32,000 nt of DNA from Erysipelotrichaceae bacterium. Its GTDB lineage: Bacteria; Bacillota_I; Bacilli_A; Erysipelotrichales; Erysipelotrichaceae. The stretch spans positions 60,001 through 92,000 of the forward strand of contig OY760660.1 of NCBI GenBank assembly GCA_963663995.1, given 5' to 3'. Each line of letters begins with the position of its first letter. Position 1 is the stretch's first letter. The notes under the pieces were generated by a model that saw only the letters and a program-made list of their open reading frames with translations, did not search any database and was not told the DNA's origin. Position numbers and translations under genes: made by a program. Positions 1 through 7,378 of this stretch are shown one piece after another.

Positions 1-43
1 TCAAGTTGGTATGACTGATTACCGCAACACTGTTATCGAATAA
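1..43 (+). CDS. 3' end of an upstream gene truncated by the window edge, probably the oligopeptide-binding lipoprotein OppA
   Basis: The frame starting at nt 2 reads QVGMTDYRNTVIE then TAA at 41-43. It lies directly upstream of oppBCDF. The OppA identity is inferred only from operon context. Confidence 0.3.
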   Translation, partial: QVGMTDYRNTVIE

Positions 44-60
44 TCGATAGTTGATGCGAT

Positions 61-90
61 AGGGACCTGCGAACAGGTCCCTATTTTATT
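61..90 (+). terminator. Intrinsic terminator or attenuator hairpin between the upstream gene and oppB
   Basis: AGGGACCTG-cgaac-CAGGTCCCT stem followed by TATTTTATTTT. Confidence 0.7.
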
Positions 91-105
91 TTCGAAAGGA
101 GTCAT

Positions 106-1041
106 ATGTTTAAGTACATTAGTAAACGAATTTTCTGGGCTGTTGTGACCTTGGCTATCATCTTGTTTGTATTGTTCCTGCTTTTACAATTTATGCCGGG
201 AACACCATTTAATGATGAAAAGCTTACTCCTCAACAACTTATCATAATGAATGCTAAATATGGTTTAGATAAACCATTTTGGACACGACTTTGGGTATAT
301 TATTCAAATGTTGTGACAAAGTTTGATTTTGGGATATCAATGGCCATTCAAAAGAATTGGAATGTAGGTGATATTGTTTTACCTCGCTTAGGGATCTCTG
401 TACGCATTGGTTTACAAGCAATGGTACTGGGTGTTACCAACGGGATTCTTCTTGGAGTATTATCTGCGTCTAATCGTAATAGTTGGATTGATACTGGCGC
501 AACTATTTTGGCTATTTTAGGGGTTAGTATTCCATCTTATGTTTTTGCTTTAACTTTGAGTTACTTTTTAGGATTTAAAATTCAAATCTTTGATATTATC
601 TTTAATCATAAAGATCCAATTGGATCATCGATATTACCTACGATTGCACTTAGTATGTTTATTATGGCGCAAACAACTCGTTTTTTAAGAACTGAATTAA
701 TTGAAGTATTAGGTTCTGATTATATTAAATTGGTAGAAGCAAAAGGGGTATCGAAGTTTAAAGTTATTTATAAACATGGCTTAAGAAATGCTTTAATTTC
801 TGTTGTGACTATTTTAGGACCATTGACTGTTAATCTTTTAACGGGTTCATTAGTGGTTGAAAAAGTATATGCTGTTCCTGGTATTGGTAGTATGTTAGTC
901 AATGGTATTTTAACCAATGATTACAATGTCATTATGATGATTGCTTTTATCTATAGTGCCCTTTATATTGGGATGAATTTGTTTGTTGATATTGCCTATG
1001 GCATCATTGATCCACGAATTCGTGTAGCGAAGGGAGGATAA
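106..1041 (+). CDS. oppB: Oligopeptide/dipeptide ABC transporter permease, OppB type
   Basis: 311-aa polytopic membrane protein with an OppB/DppB-like N-terminus and permease core. AAAGGAG RBS upstream. First of four abutting ABC genes. Confidence 0.85.
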   Translation: MFKYISKRIFWAVVTLAIILFVLFLLLQFMPGTPFNDEKLTPQQLIIMNAKYGLDKPFWTRLWVYYSNVVTKFDFGISMAIQKNWNVGDIVLPRLGISVRIGLQAMVLGVTNGILLGVLSASNRNSWIDTGATILAILGVSIPSYVFALTLSYFLGFKIQIFDIIFNHKDPIGSSILPTIALSMFIMAQTTRFLRTELIEVLGSDYIKLVEAKGVSKFKVIYKHGLRNALISVVTILGPLTVNLLTGSLVVEKVYAVPGIGSMLVNGILTNDYNVIMMIAFIYSALYIGMNLFVDIAYGIIDPRIRVAKGG

Positions 1042-1042
1042 G

Positions 1043-2041
1043 ATGAGTCTATCAAAAGCACGATTTGAAAAAGTCGAAAATCTTCTTGTTGAAGAACAAG
1101 AAATGTTAAGTACAGATGTGGGTTTCTTTAAAGATGCTTATCACCGTTTTGTAGCAAATAAAGGCGCAGTTATTGGTTTCTATGCGATTAGTATCATTTT
1201 AATCTTAGCTATTTTTGGTCCTTTTATTACCCCACATACTTATAACGAAATTATCACCGATCATATTAACTTACCACCTAGAATTCCTGGTTTAGAAAAC
1301 TTAGGTGTTTTTGATGGAATGTGGCGTGGAGTAGATATGTATGTCAAAAAAGGCTTTGATGATGTTTATTATTGGTTTGGTGCTGATGGTTTAGGTCGTG
1401 ATCTGTGGTCACGTGTTTGGTATGGTACCCGTATTTCTTTTATGGTTGCTTTTGTGGCTGTTATTATTGACGTTTTTATTGGCATAACAGTTGGTTTAGT
1501 ATCTGGCTATTTTGGTGGAAAAGTCGATTTAATCATTCAACGTGTCATTGAAATTATTGCAGGTATACCAAACTTAGTCGTCGTTATTTTATTGATGATT
1601 GTTTTAAAACCAGGTTTGATATCAATTATTTTTGCATTGATGATTACTGGTTGGATATCACAATCTCGTGTTGTTCGATCTCAAGTCTTAAAGATCAAAG
1701 AAATGGAATACATTCTTGCTGCTAAGACTTTAGGGGCAAATCATATGATGATTATTTTACGGGAAATACTTCCAAATATTATTGGTCAAATTATCATCAT
1801 GACAATGTTTTCAATTCCTAATGCGATTTTCTATGAAAGTTTCTTAGCGTTTATTGGTTTAGGATTACAACCACCATTAGCTTCACTAGGTGTGTTAATC
1901 TCGACAGGTTATCAAAGTATGCTCATTTATCCGCACATGGTAATCTTCCCGGTTATCGTACTATCAATTCTAATGTTGAGTTTTAATTTAGTTGCGGATG
2001 GTTTAAGGGATGCCTTTGACCCTAAAATGAAAGGATTTTAA
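1043..2041 (+). CDS. oppC: Oligopeptide ABC transporter permease, OppC type
   Basis: 332-aa membrane protein with the OppC-type N-terminal extension and a C-terminal LVADGLRDAFDPK motif. Starts 1 nt after the oppB stop. Confidence 0.85.
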   Translation: MSLSKARFEKVENLLVEEQEMLSTDVGFFKDAYHRFVANKGAVIGFYAISIILILAIFGPFITPHTYNEIITDHINLPPRIPGLENLGVFDGMWRGVDMYVKKGFDDVYYWFGADGLGRDLWSRVWYGTRISFMVAFVAVIIDVFIGITVGLVSGYFGGKVDLIIQRVIEIIAGIPNLVVVILLMIVLKPGLISIIFALMITGWISQSRVVRSQVLKIKEMEYILAAKTLGANHMMIILREILPNIIGQIIIMTMFSIPNAIFYESFLAFIGLGLQPPLASLGVLISTGYQSMLIYPHMVIFPVIVLSILMLSFNLVADGLRDAFDPKMKGF

Positions 2042-2042
2042 A

Positions 2043-3107
2043 ATGGAAAAATTATTAGAAGTTAAAAATTTAACCTTATCCTTTCAATTAAACGAAGGCA
2101 TGAACCACGTCATTCGTGATGTGAGTTTTCATTTAAACAAAGGTGAAACTTTAGCCATTGTGGGAGAATCTGGTTCAGGTAAATCAGTTACTACAAAAAC
2201 AATATTAGGTTTAATAGATAGTAATGGAATCGTAGAAAATGGGGAAATTATTTTCAAATTCAATGAAGAAGAAAATGTTGATTTATTGAGTTGTGGAAAA
2301 GATTATCTTCAAAAAAATATTCGTGGGAATCGCATAGCCATCATCTTTCAAGATCCAATGACTTCACTTGATCCAACAATGACAATTGGTAAACAAGTTA
2401 TGGAAAGTATGTTAGAACATAAAATTGTTTCTAATAAAAAAGAAGCTTTTGATCGTACATTAAATTTACTTGATTTAGTTGGGATTGATCATCCTGAAAA
2501 GAGAATTAAACAATATCCTCACCAATTATCAGGTGGTATGAGACAAAGAGTTGTAATTGCGATTGCCTTAGCTTGTGAACCAGATATCTTGATTGCTGAT
2601 GAACCAACTACCGCATTAGATGTCACAATTCAATCTCAAATTCTTGAACTGATCAAAGACATTCAAGAGAAAACAGGTATTTCTATCATCTTTATTACCC
2701 ATGATTTAGGGGTTGTCGCAAATGTTGCGGATAGAGTCGCAGTTATGTATGCAGGTAAGATTGTTGAAGAAGGTTTGGCGAATGAAATATATTATGACCC
2801 TCGTCATCCATATACTTGGGGATTACTTTCAAGTATTCCTTCATTAAGTGATAAAGGTTCAGAAATATTATCGATTCCAGGGACTCCACCAAATTTATTC
2901 AACCCACCGATTGGTGATGCTTTTGCTTATCGTTCTGCTTATGCGATGAAAATTGATTTCGAAGAGCAACCTCCGATGTTTAAGGTGAGTGATACTCACT
3001 ATGCAGCAACGTGGTTATTACACCCTGATGCTCCTAAGGTTAAGATGCCTGACATTCTTCAAAAGAGAATAGATGGTTATCATAAGAAAGGATCAACAAA
3101 ATCATGA
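2043..3107 (+). CDS. oppD: Oligopeptide ABC transporter ATP-binding protein, OppD type
   Basis: Walker A GESGSGKS, signature LSGGMRQR, Walker [13 protein letters not shown], and the oligopeptide C-terminal domain (HPYTWGLL). Confidence 0.9.
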   Translation: MEKLLEVKNLTLSFQLNEGMNHVIRDVSFHLNKGETLAIVGESGSGKSVTTKTILGLIDSNGIVENGEIIFKFNEEENVDLLSCGKDYLQKNIRGNRIAIIFQDPMTSLDPTMTIGKQVMESMLEHKIVSNKKEAFDRTLNLLDLVGIDHPEKRIKQYPHQLSGGMRQRVVIAIALACEPDILIADEPTTALDVTIQSQILELIKDIQEKTGISIIFITHDLGVVANVADRVAVMYAGKIVEEGLANEIYYDPRHPYTWGLLSSIPSLSDKGSEILSIPGTPPNLFNPPIGDAFAYRSAYAMKIDFEEQPPMFKVSDTHYAATWLLHPDAPKVKMPDILQKRIDGYHKKGSTKS

Positions 3108-4060
3108 GTGATAGAAAAGTATTATTAGATGTTAAAAACTTGAATCAATTCTTTAAGATTGACCGTAAACTTACGATTCGTGCTGTTGATAATGTTACTT
3201 TTCAAATCTATGAAGGAGAAACGTTCTCAGTTGTTGGTGAATCTGGGAGTGGAAAAACGACTTTAGGACGTAGTCTTATTCGAATCTACGATGCGAATAG
3301 TGGAACGGTTAATTTCTTGGGTAAAGATATTCATGGAAAATTAGACCAAGAGACTGAACATTTCTTACGAAAGAATATGCAAATGATTTATCAAGATCCA
3401 ATGGCTTCGCTTAATCCACGTAAAAAAGTCATTGATTCAATTGCTTTTGGTTTAGATATTTTCAATCTTAGTGAAAATGCTGAAGATCGAAGACAAAAAG
3501 TTTTAGAAGTCTTAAAGAGTGTGGGTCTTCTCGAAGATCATCTCAATCGCTTTCCTCATCAGTTCTCTGGTGGACAAAGACAACGTATTGGGATTGCGAG
3601 AGCTTTAATTTTAAAACCGAAGTTTATCATTGCTGATGAAATTATTTCAGCTCTTGATGTTTCGATTCAAGCGCAAGTTATTAATTTGATGAAACAACTT
3701 CAAAAAGAATTGAACTTAACTTATATGTTTATTGCCCATGATTTAAGTATGGTTCGCTACATCTCAGATCGCGTTGCAGTTATGCATTTAGGACACATTG
3801 TTGAAATGGGTAATGTTGAAGATATTTATGAGAATCCGATACATCCTTATACTGTTTCCTTGTTATCAGCAATTCCTCATCCTGATCCTGATAGTGAAAA
3901 GATACGCAAGCGGGTTGTTTATAAACGTGATGTTGTTCCACAAACTTATAATGCTGGTGTTATTCATCAAATTAATGAAACCCATACAGTCCTTGCGACA
4001 GCTGAGCAATTAGAACGTTGGTCTAAAAATGAATATGCAGACGAATTAGAGTCTCAATAA
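3104..4060 (+). CDS. oppF: Oligopeptide ABC transporter ATP-binding protein, OppF type
   Basis: Walker A GESGSGKT, signature FSGGQRQR, Walker B IIADEIISALD, HPYT motif. Overlaps oppD by 4 nt. Confidence 0.9.
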   Translation: MSDRKVLLDVKNLNQFFKIDRKLTIRAVDNVTFQIYEGETFSVVGESGSGKTTLGRSLIRIYDANSGTVNFLGKDIHGKLDQETEHFLRKNMQMIYQDPMASLNPRKKVIDSIAFGLDIFNLSENAEDRRQKVLEVLKSVGLLEDHLNRFPHQFSGGQRQRIGIARALILKPKFIIADEIISALDVSIQAQVINLMKQLQKELNLTYMFIAHDLSMVRYISDRVAVMHLGHIVEMGNVEDIYENPIHPYTVSLLSAIPHPDPDSEKIRKRVVYKRDVVPQTYNAGVIHQINETHTVLATAEQLERWSKNEYADELESQ

Positions 4061-4061
4061 A

Positions 4062-4117
4062 AAAGATTGGAAATTTCTAACGGCTTCCGTTCTAAGGTGC
4101 AAAACGACGAAATCGCA
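4062..4117 (+). repeat. Left inverted repeat (IR-L)
   Basis: AAAGATTGGAAATTTCTAACGGCTTCCGTTCTAAGGTGCAAAACGACGAAATCGCA, starting 2 nt after the oppF stop. Matches the reverse complement of 5278-5334. Confidence 0.85.
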
Positions 4118-4146
4118 CCTAAAATAGCAAATAAAAAAGCATTAGA

Positions 4147-4187
4147 AAAAACAGTGATTTCACACAAGAATTTTCACTGTTTTTTTT
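4147..4187 (+). terminator. Intrinsic terminator downstream of oppF, possibly bidirectional
   Basis: A-run, ACAGTGA...TCACTGT stem (4151-4157 / 4174-4180) and T8 tail. The 16-nt loop is large, so confidence is moderate. Confidence 0.6.
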
Positions 4188-4391
4188 ATGCAAAGTAAAT
4201 TTTTAGAAAGACATCTTTTTCTAACATCCCTAGAGTTGACATTATATAAATACCTGATTCACGTAAAATATTCTTTTTATATTTGTAAGAGTTTTGCGAT
4301 ATCATTATTAATGACAAATAAACTTTTATTTCCGTTGCTGACATAAATGGTTATAAAAACATGATACTTTAAAGGGAGGTAAGAGAAATTT

Positions 4392-4913
4392 ATGAACGTA
4401 TATAAACCCAAATGCGAAGAGTTGGAATATAGAATGAATTTACTTTGTAATCCTGATACTATGTCATATAATAAAGGCTATAAATTAGGTATACCTGAAT
4501 ACGATAATGATACAGGCTGTATTGATTTTCCAAAAGAAAAATGGGAGAAATGGTATGCTGATTGGGTTTTAAATGAACCAATGAGATTTTATTCTTATCT
4601 TTCGGTTAATAATGAATTTGTAGGTGAAATAGCATTAAGATATGTTGAGTCTGAAGATGCTCATATGATAAATATTATTATAGATAGTAGATATAGAGGA
4701 ATGGGGTATGGAAGAGAAGGATTATTACTTCTAATGAAAATCGCATTTCAAGATTTTGGTTTAGATAAAATTATTGATGATATTCCTATAACAAGAGAGC
4801 CTTCAAAGAGATTGTTTGAGAAATTAGGCTTCAGATACGAAATTGAAGATGAATTAATTAAGTTTTCCATGACTAAAGATGAGTACGAATCACTTAAACC
4901 TTCATTAATTTAA
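4392..4913 (+). CDS. GNAT family N-acetyltransferase (RimJ/RimL-like), substrate unknown
   Basis: 173 aa with the acetyl-CoA-binding R-x-x-G-x-G motif (RYRGMGYG) and GNAT-like beta-strand pattern. Strong RBS AAAGGGAGG upstream. Confidence 0.8.
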   Translation: MNVYKPKCEELEYRMNLLCNPDTMSYNKGYKLGIPEYDNDTGCIDFPKEKWEKWYADWVLNEPMRFYSYLSVNNEFVGEIALRYVESEDAHMINIIIDSRYRGMGYGREGLLLLMKIAFQDFGLDKIIDDIPITREPSKRLFEKLGFRYEIEDELIKFSMTKDEYESLKPSLI

Positions 4914-5052
4914 GTTAACATTATTATATATATTATTTTCTTCAGTAGATTTAACGTTAACTTCTGTTTTGGTGATTTTGGTTTTATGAAGTTCATAATC
5001 ATTTCCCCATAGTTAATCTCATTATGGAACTTTATCATTACAATGTGAATAA

Positions 5053-5124
5053 AAATCGCACACTAAATCGCACACTAAATCGCATAGTAAATAGCATATA
5101 AAAAAGCATACAAAGAAATCGATT
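5053..5124 (+). repeat. Degenerating 12-bp tandem repeat, about 6 units
   Basis: Units: AAATCGCACACT, AAATCGCACACT, AAATCGCATAGT, AAATAGCATATA, AAAAAGCATACA, AAGAAATCGATT. Confidence 0.85.
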
Positions 5125-5132
5125 AAAAACTT

Positions 5133-5157
5133 TGGAATTGAACAATTCCATTTTTTT
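5133..5157 (+). terminator. Intrinsic terminator, probably ending the GNAT transcript
   Basis: TGGAATTG-aa-CAATTCCA hairpin followed by T7. Confidence 0.7.
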
Positions 5158-5208
5158 ATAGTGTGTTATTTGGTATGCGATTATATATGTTATTTTATAT
5201 ACTAAAAT

Positions 5209-5234
5209 GAAAAAACCCTTATTGAAAAGGGTTA
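5209..5234 (-). terminator. Intrinsic terminator downstream of the thioredoxin-like gene
   Basis: On the minus strand: AACCCTT-ttcaat-AAGGGTT followed by TTTTTTC. Confidence 0.7.
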
Positions 5235-5277
5235 AATCATGTTTATAATATTCTGCTAAATCAAATGCGATTTGCAC

Positions 5278-5334
5278 TGCGATTTTGTTGTTTTGCACCT
5301 CATAACGGAAGCCGTTAGGAAATTTCCAATCTTT
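5278..5334 (-). repeat. Right inverted repeat (IR-R)
   Basis: Minus strand reads AAAGATTGGAAATTTCCTAACGGCTTCCGTTATGAGGTGCAAAACAACAAAATCGCA, starting 4 nt after the stop of the 5338-5652 gene. Confidence 0.85.
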
Positions 5335-5337
5335 CTT

Positions 5338-5652
5338 TTAGTCTTTTAGTAAATCTAAGATTCTTTCTATTTTTGAAAAATCGATGAATCGACTTTCTCT
5401 TAGAACTTCTTTTCCTTCATGCATAACAAGGATCGTTGGTACGGTAAAGACGATATGTTGTCCAGCCATGTTTTCTAGTTTTGAAGCATCTATCTTAAGG
5501 ATAGGGAAATCATAATTTTCTAATAAAGCTTCTAACTGTGGGAAAACAGATTTACATACACTGCATGTTGGTGTAGTGAAATAAAGGATATGTACAGGAT
5601 TTGCAGATGCAAGTTCTGTCACCTGATTTTCATTTTCAATAATATGTGTCAT
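5338..5652 (-). CDS. Thioredoxin-fold protein with a CSVC active-site motif
   Basis: 104 aa. TPTCSVCK is a CxxC motif in the thioredoxin position, and a cis-Pro-type TVPT motif follows later. Confidence 0.7.
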   Translation of the reverse strand: MTHIIENENQVTELASANPVHILYFTTPTCSVCKSVFPQLEALLENYDFPILKIDASKLENMAGQHIVFTVPTILVMHEGKEVLRESRFIDFSKIERILDLLKD

Positions 5653-5659
5653 ATAGATG

Positions 5660-5684
5660 AAAGGGAGTTAAACTCCCTTTTTTT
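5660..5684. terminator. Hairpin between fba and the thioredoxin-like gene, either a partial terminator or a processing site
   Basis: AAAGGGAGT-taa-ACTCCCTTT. The T-run lies on the plus-strand side and only a short U tail on the minus-strand (coding) side. Confidence 0.45.
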
Positions 5685-5686
5685 AA

Positions 5687-6619
5687 TTATTCAGCTTTAC
5701 CGTCTGAACCTAAAACATTTTTAATTTTTTTACCAACTAAATCTTTTAGGTATTTACGTGATTGACCAAGATATTTACGTGGATCGAATTCACCAGGTGT
5801 TTTTGTGAATACTTCACGTACACCAGCTGTGAATGCTAAACGTAAGTCTGAGTCAATGTTAATTTTACATACTGCAGAAGTTGCAGCTTGTCTTAACATA
5901 TCTTCAGGAATACCAATCGCATCTTGTAAATTTCCACCGAATTCATTGATCATTTGAACGTATTCAGGAATAACGCTAGATGCTCCATGAAGAACGATTG
6001 GGAAGTTAGGAAGTTGTTTTGAAACTTCTTCTAAGATATCGAAACGAAGTTGTGGTTTTGTACCAGGTTTGAATTTGAATGCACCGTGGCTTGTTCCAAT
6101 AGCGATTGCTAATGAATCACAGCCAGTACGTGTTACAAAGTCAACAACTTGTTCAGGTTGTGTGTATGAGTGGTGTTCAACATTAACTTCATCTTCAACT
6201 CCAGCTAATTGGCCAAGTTCACCTTCAACAGTAACACCGTGAGCGTGAGCATATTCAACAACTTTCTTTGTTAAAGCGACGTTTTCTTCGTAAGGAAGAT
6301 GTGAACCATCGATCATAACTGATGTAAAACCAGCATCGATACATTCTTTACAGAGTTCAAATGTATCCCCGTGGTCTAAGTGTAGAGCAATAGGAATATC
6401 ACTTGTTTCTACAGCAGCTTCAACAAGCTTGCGTAGGTATACTGGGTGAGCGTAATTACGAGCACCTTTTGATGCTTGTAAAATAACAGGTGATTTTAGT
6501 TCGTTAGCTGCTTCAACGATAGCTTGGACAATTTCCATGTTGTTAACATTGAATGCTCCGATGGCATAACCACCTTTGTATGCTTTTTCAAACATTTCTT
6601 TGGTTGATACTAAAGGCAT
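5687..6619 (-). CDS. fba: Class II fructose-1,6-bisphosphate aldolase
   Basis: 310 aa. MPLVSTKEMFEKAYKGGYAIGAFNVNNME, LHLDHG and GTSHGAFKF motifs are typical of FbaA-type class II aldolases. RBS AGGAGGA. Confidence 0.92.
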   Translation of the reverse strand: MPLVSTKEMFEKAYKGGYAIGAFNVNNMEIVQAIVEAANELKSPVILQASKGARNYAHPVYLRKLVEAAVETSDIPIALHLDHGDTFELCKECIDAGFTSVMIDGSHLPYEENVALTKKVVEYAHAHGVTVEGELGQLAGVEDEVNVEHHSYTQPEQVVDFVTRTGCDSLAIAIGTSHGAFKFKPGTKPQLRFDILEEVSKQLPNFPIVLHGASSVIPEYVQMINEFGGNLQDAIGIPEDMLRQAATSAVCKINIDSDLRLAFTAGVREVFTKTPGEFDPRKYLGQSRKYLKDLVGKKIKNVLGSDGKAE

Positions 6620-6643
6620 AAATTTAAATTCCTCCTAGTCATT

Positions 6644-6671
6644 ATTATAAGGAAAAAGTTACTTAATGCAA
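6644..6671 (-). promoter_or_regulatory. Candidate sigma-A promoter for fba
   Basis: Minus strand: TTGCAT (6671-6666), 16-nt spacer, TATAAT (6649-6644). Confidence 0.55.
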
Positions 6672-6683
6672 GAAAGAAACACT

Positions 6684-6700
6684 TGCTTTCATTGAAAGCA
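6684..6700. promoter_or_regulatory. 17-bp palindrome in the fba/pduL divergent region, a candidate operator
   Basis: TGCTTTCA-T-TGAAAGCA with 8-bp perfect arms. It overlaps the TTGAAA -35 of a TTGAAA-N18-TATAAT (6692-6721) promoter candidate for the plus-strand gene. Confidence 0.45.
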
Positions 6701-6748
6701 TTTTTACTTGTGGTGTATAATAAATATCGGAAAAAATGAGGTGAAGTC

Positions 6749-7327
6749 ATGGAAGAAAATAAAGTACTCGTTGAAGTGTCCGCAAGACACGTTCATGTGA
6801 GCCAAGAAGATTTAGAAGTTTTATTTGGAAAAGGGTATGAATTAACCCCTAAAAAAGATTTATCACAACCTGGACAATATGCTTGTGAAGAAAGAGTAAG
6901 CATTGTTGGCCCAAAAAGCTCAATGAACAATGTTATTATTCTCGGTCCTTGTCGTAACTTTTCGCAAGTCGAAGTCAGTTTAACAGATGCACGTACTTTA
7001 GGGGCAAAAGCGCTTATTCGTGAGTCAGGTAAAATTGAAGGATCTTATGGTATTAAACTAGTTGGTCCCAAAGGTGAAGTTGAATTAAAAGAGGGTTTAA
7101 TTGCTGCTAAACGTCATATTCACTTAACACCTGAAGATGCAAAAAAATTCAATGTTGAAAATGGTCAAGTTGTTTCAGTATTAGTTGAGACGGATGATCG
7201 TACAACAAGTTTTGGTGATACAGTTATTCGTGTCAGTGAAAAATTCGCAGCTGCTATGCATATTGATACAGATGAAGCGAATGCAGCAGGTATTGTTGGC
7301 TCAGCATTTGGTACTATCATTGCTTAA
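6749..7327 (+). CDS. pduL: PduL-type phosphate acyltransferase (phosphate propanoyl/acetyltransferase)
   Basis: 192 aa with the duplicated PduL signature (VEVSARHVHVSQED... and AAKRHIHLTPEDA...). Confidence 0.8.
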   Translation: MEENKVLVEVSARHVHVSQEDLEVLFGKGYELTPKKDLSQPGQYACEERVSIVGPKSSMNNVIILGPCRNFSQVEVSLTDARTLGAKALIRESGKIEGSYGIKLVGPKGEVELKEGLIAAKRHIHLTPEDAKKFNVENGQVVSVLVETDDRTTSFGDTVIRVSEKFAAAMHIDTDEANAAGIVGSAFGTIIA

Positions 7328-7352
7328 GTCGTTAGAAATAACGACTTTTTTT
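7328..7352 (+). terminator. Intrinsic terminator after pduL
   Basis: GTCGTTA-gaaa-TAACGAC followed by T7. Confidence 0.8.
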
Positions 7353-7378
7353 ATGCGATAAATGCTTCTTTATAGGTT

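Larger units (their letters stand above)
4062..5334. mobile_element. Candidate non-autonomous insert: GNAT gene bounded by 57-bp imperfect terminal inverted repeats, with no transposase
   Basis: 4062-4117 aligns with the reverse complement of 5278-5334 at 52 of 57 columns. The region lies between two convergent housekeeping genes and looks more AT-rich than its flanks. Confidence 0.35.

Noticed and set aside
3798-4013. Short ORFs nested in or antisense to confidently assigned genes: 3798-4013, 8332-8601, 10757-10945, 13920-14111, 14202-14426, 18280-18468, 19302-19517, 22905-23126, 24625-24882, 25236-25448, 26601-26813, 27801-27992, 27922-28185, 28624-28806, 29722-29925, 30203-30418 and 30510-30731
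   Set aside because: Each is fully embedded in, or antisense to, a longer ORF with clear family motifs. None has an RBS or recognisable motifs. Their sequences have the low-complexity look of off-frame translation.
4188-4346. 52-codon ORF (MQSKFLERHLFL...) starting directly after the oppF terminator, considered as a possible antitoxin partner making the GNAT a TacT/AtaT-like toxin
   Set aside because: It has no RBS, a hydrophobic AT-rich sequence and nothing resembling an RHH/DUF1778 antitoxin. It is not overlapping or tightly coupled to the GNAT gene (45-nt gap containing the GNAT RBS). The GNAT also looks RimJ/RimL-like rather than TacT-like by eye.
4911-4962. AAGTTAAC ... GTTAACTT 8-bp inverted repeat just after the GNAT stop
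   Set aside because: The 36-nt AT-rich loop and lack of a T-tract make it a weak structure. GTTAAC is self-palindromic, so the match is partly trivial.
5038-5298. 86-aa minus-strand ORF inside the GNAT insert, with the peptide repeat RFSVRFSVRF
   Set aside because: It runs through two intrinsic terminators and the 12-bp tandem DNA repeat, which creates its repetitive peptide. It has no RBS and its composition is low-complexity and AT-driven, so I treat it as an artefact of the repeats.
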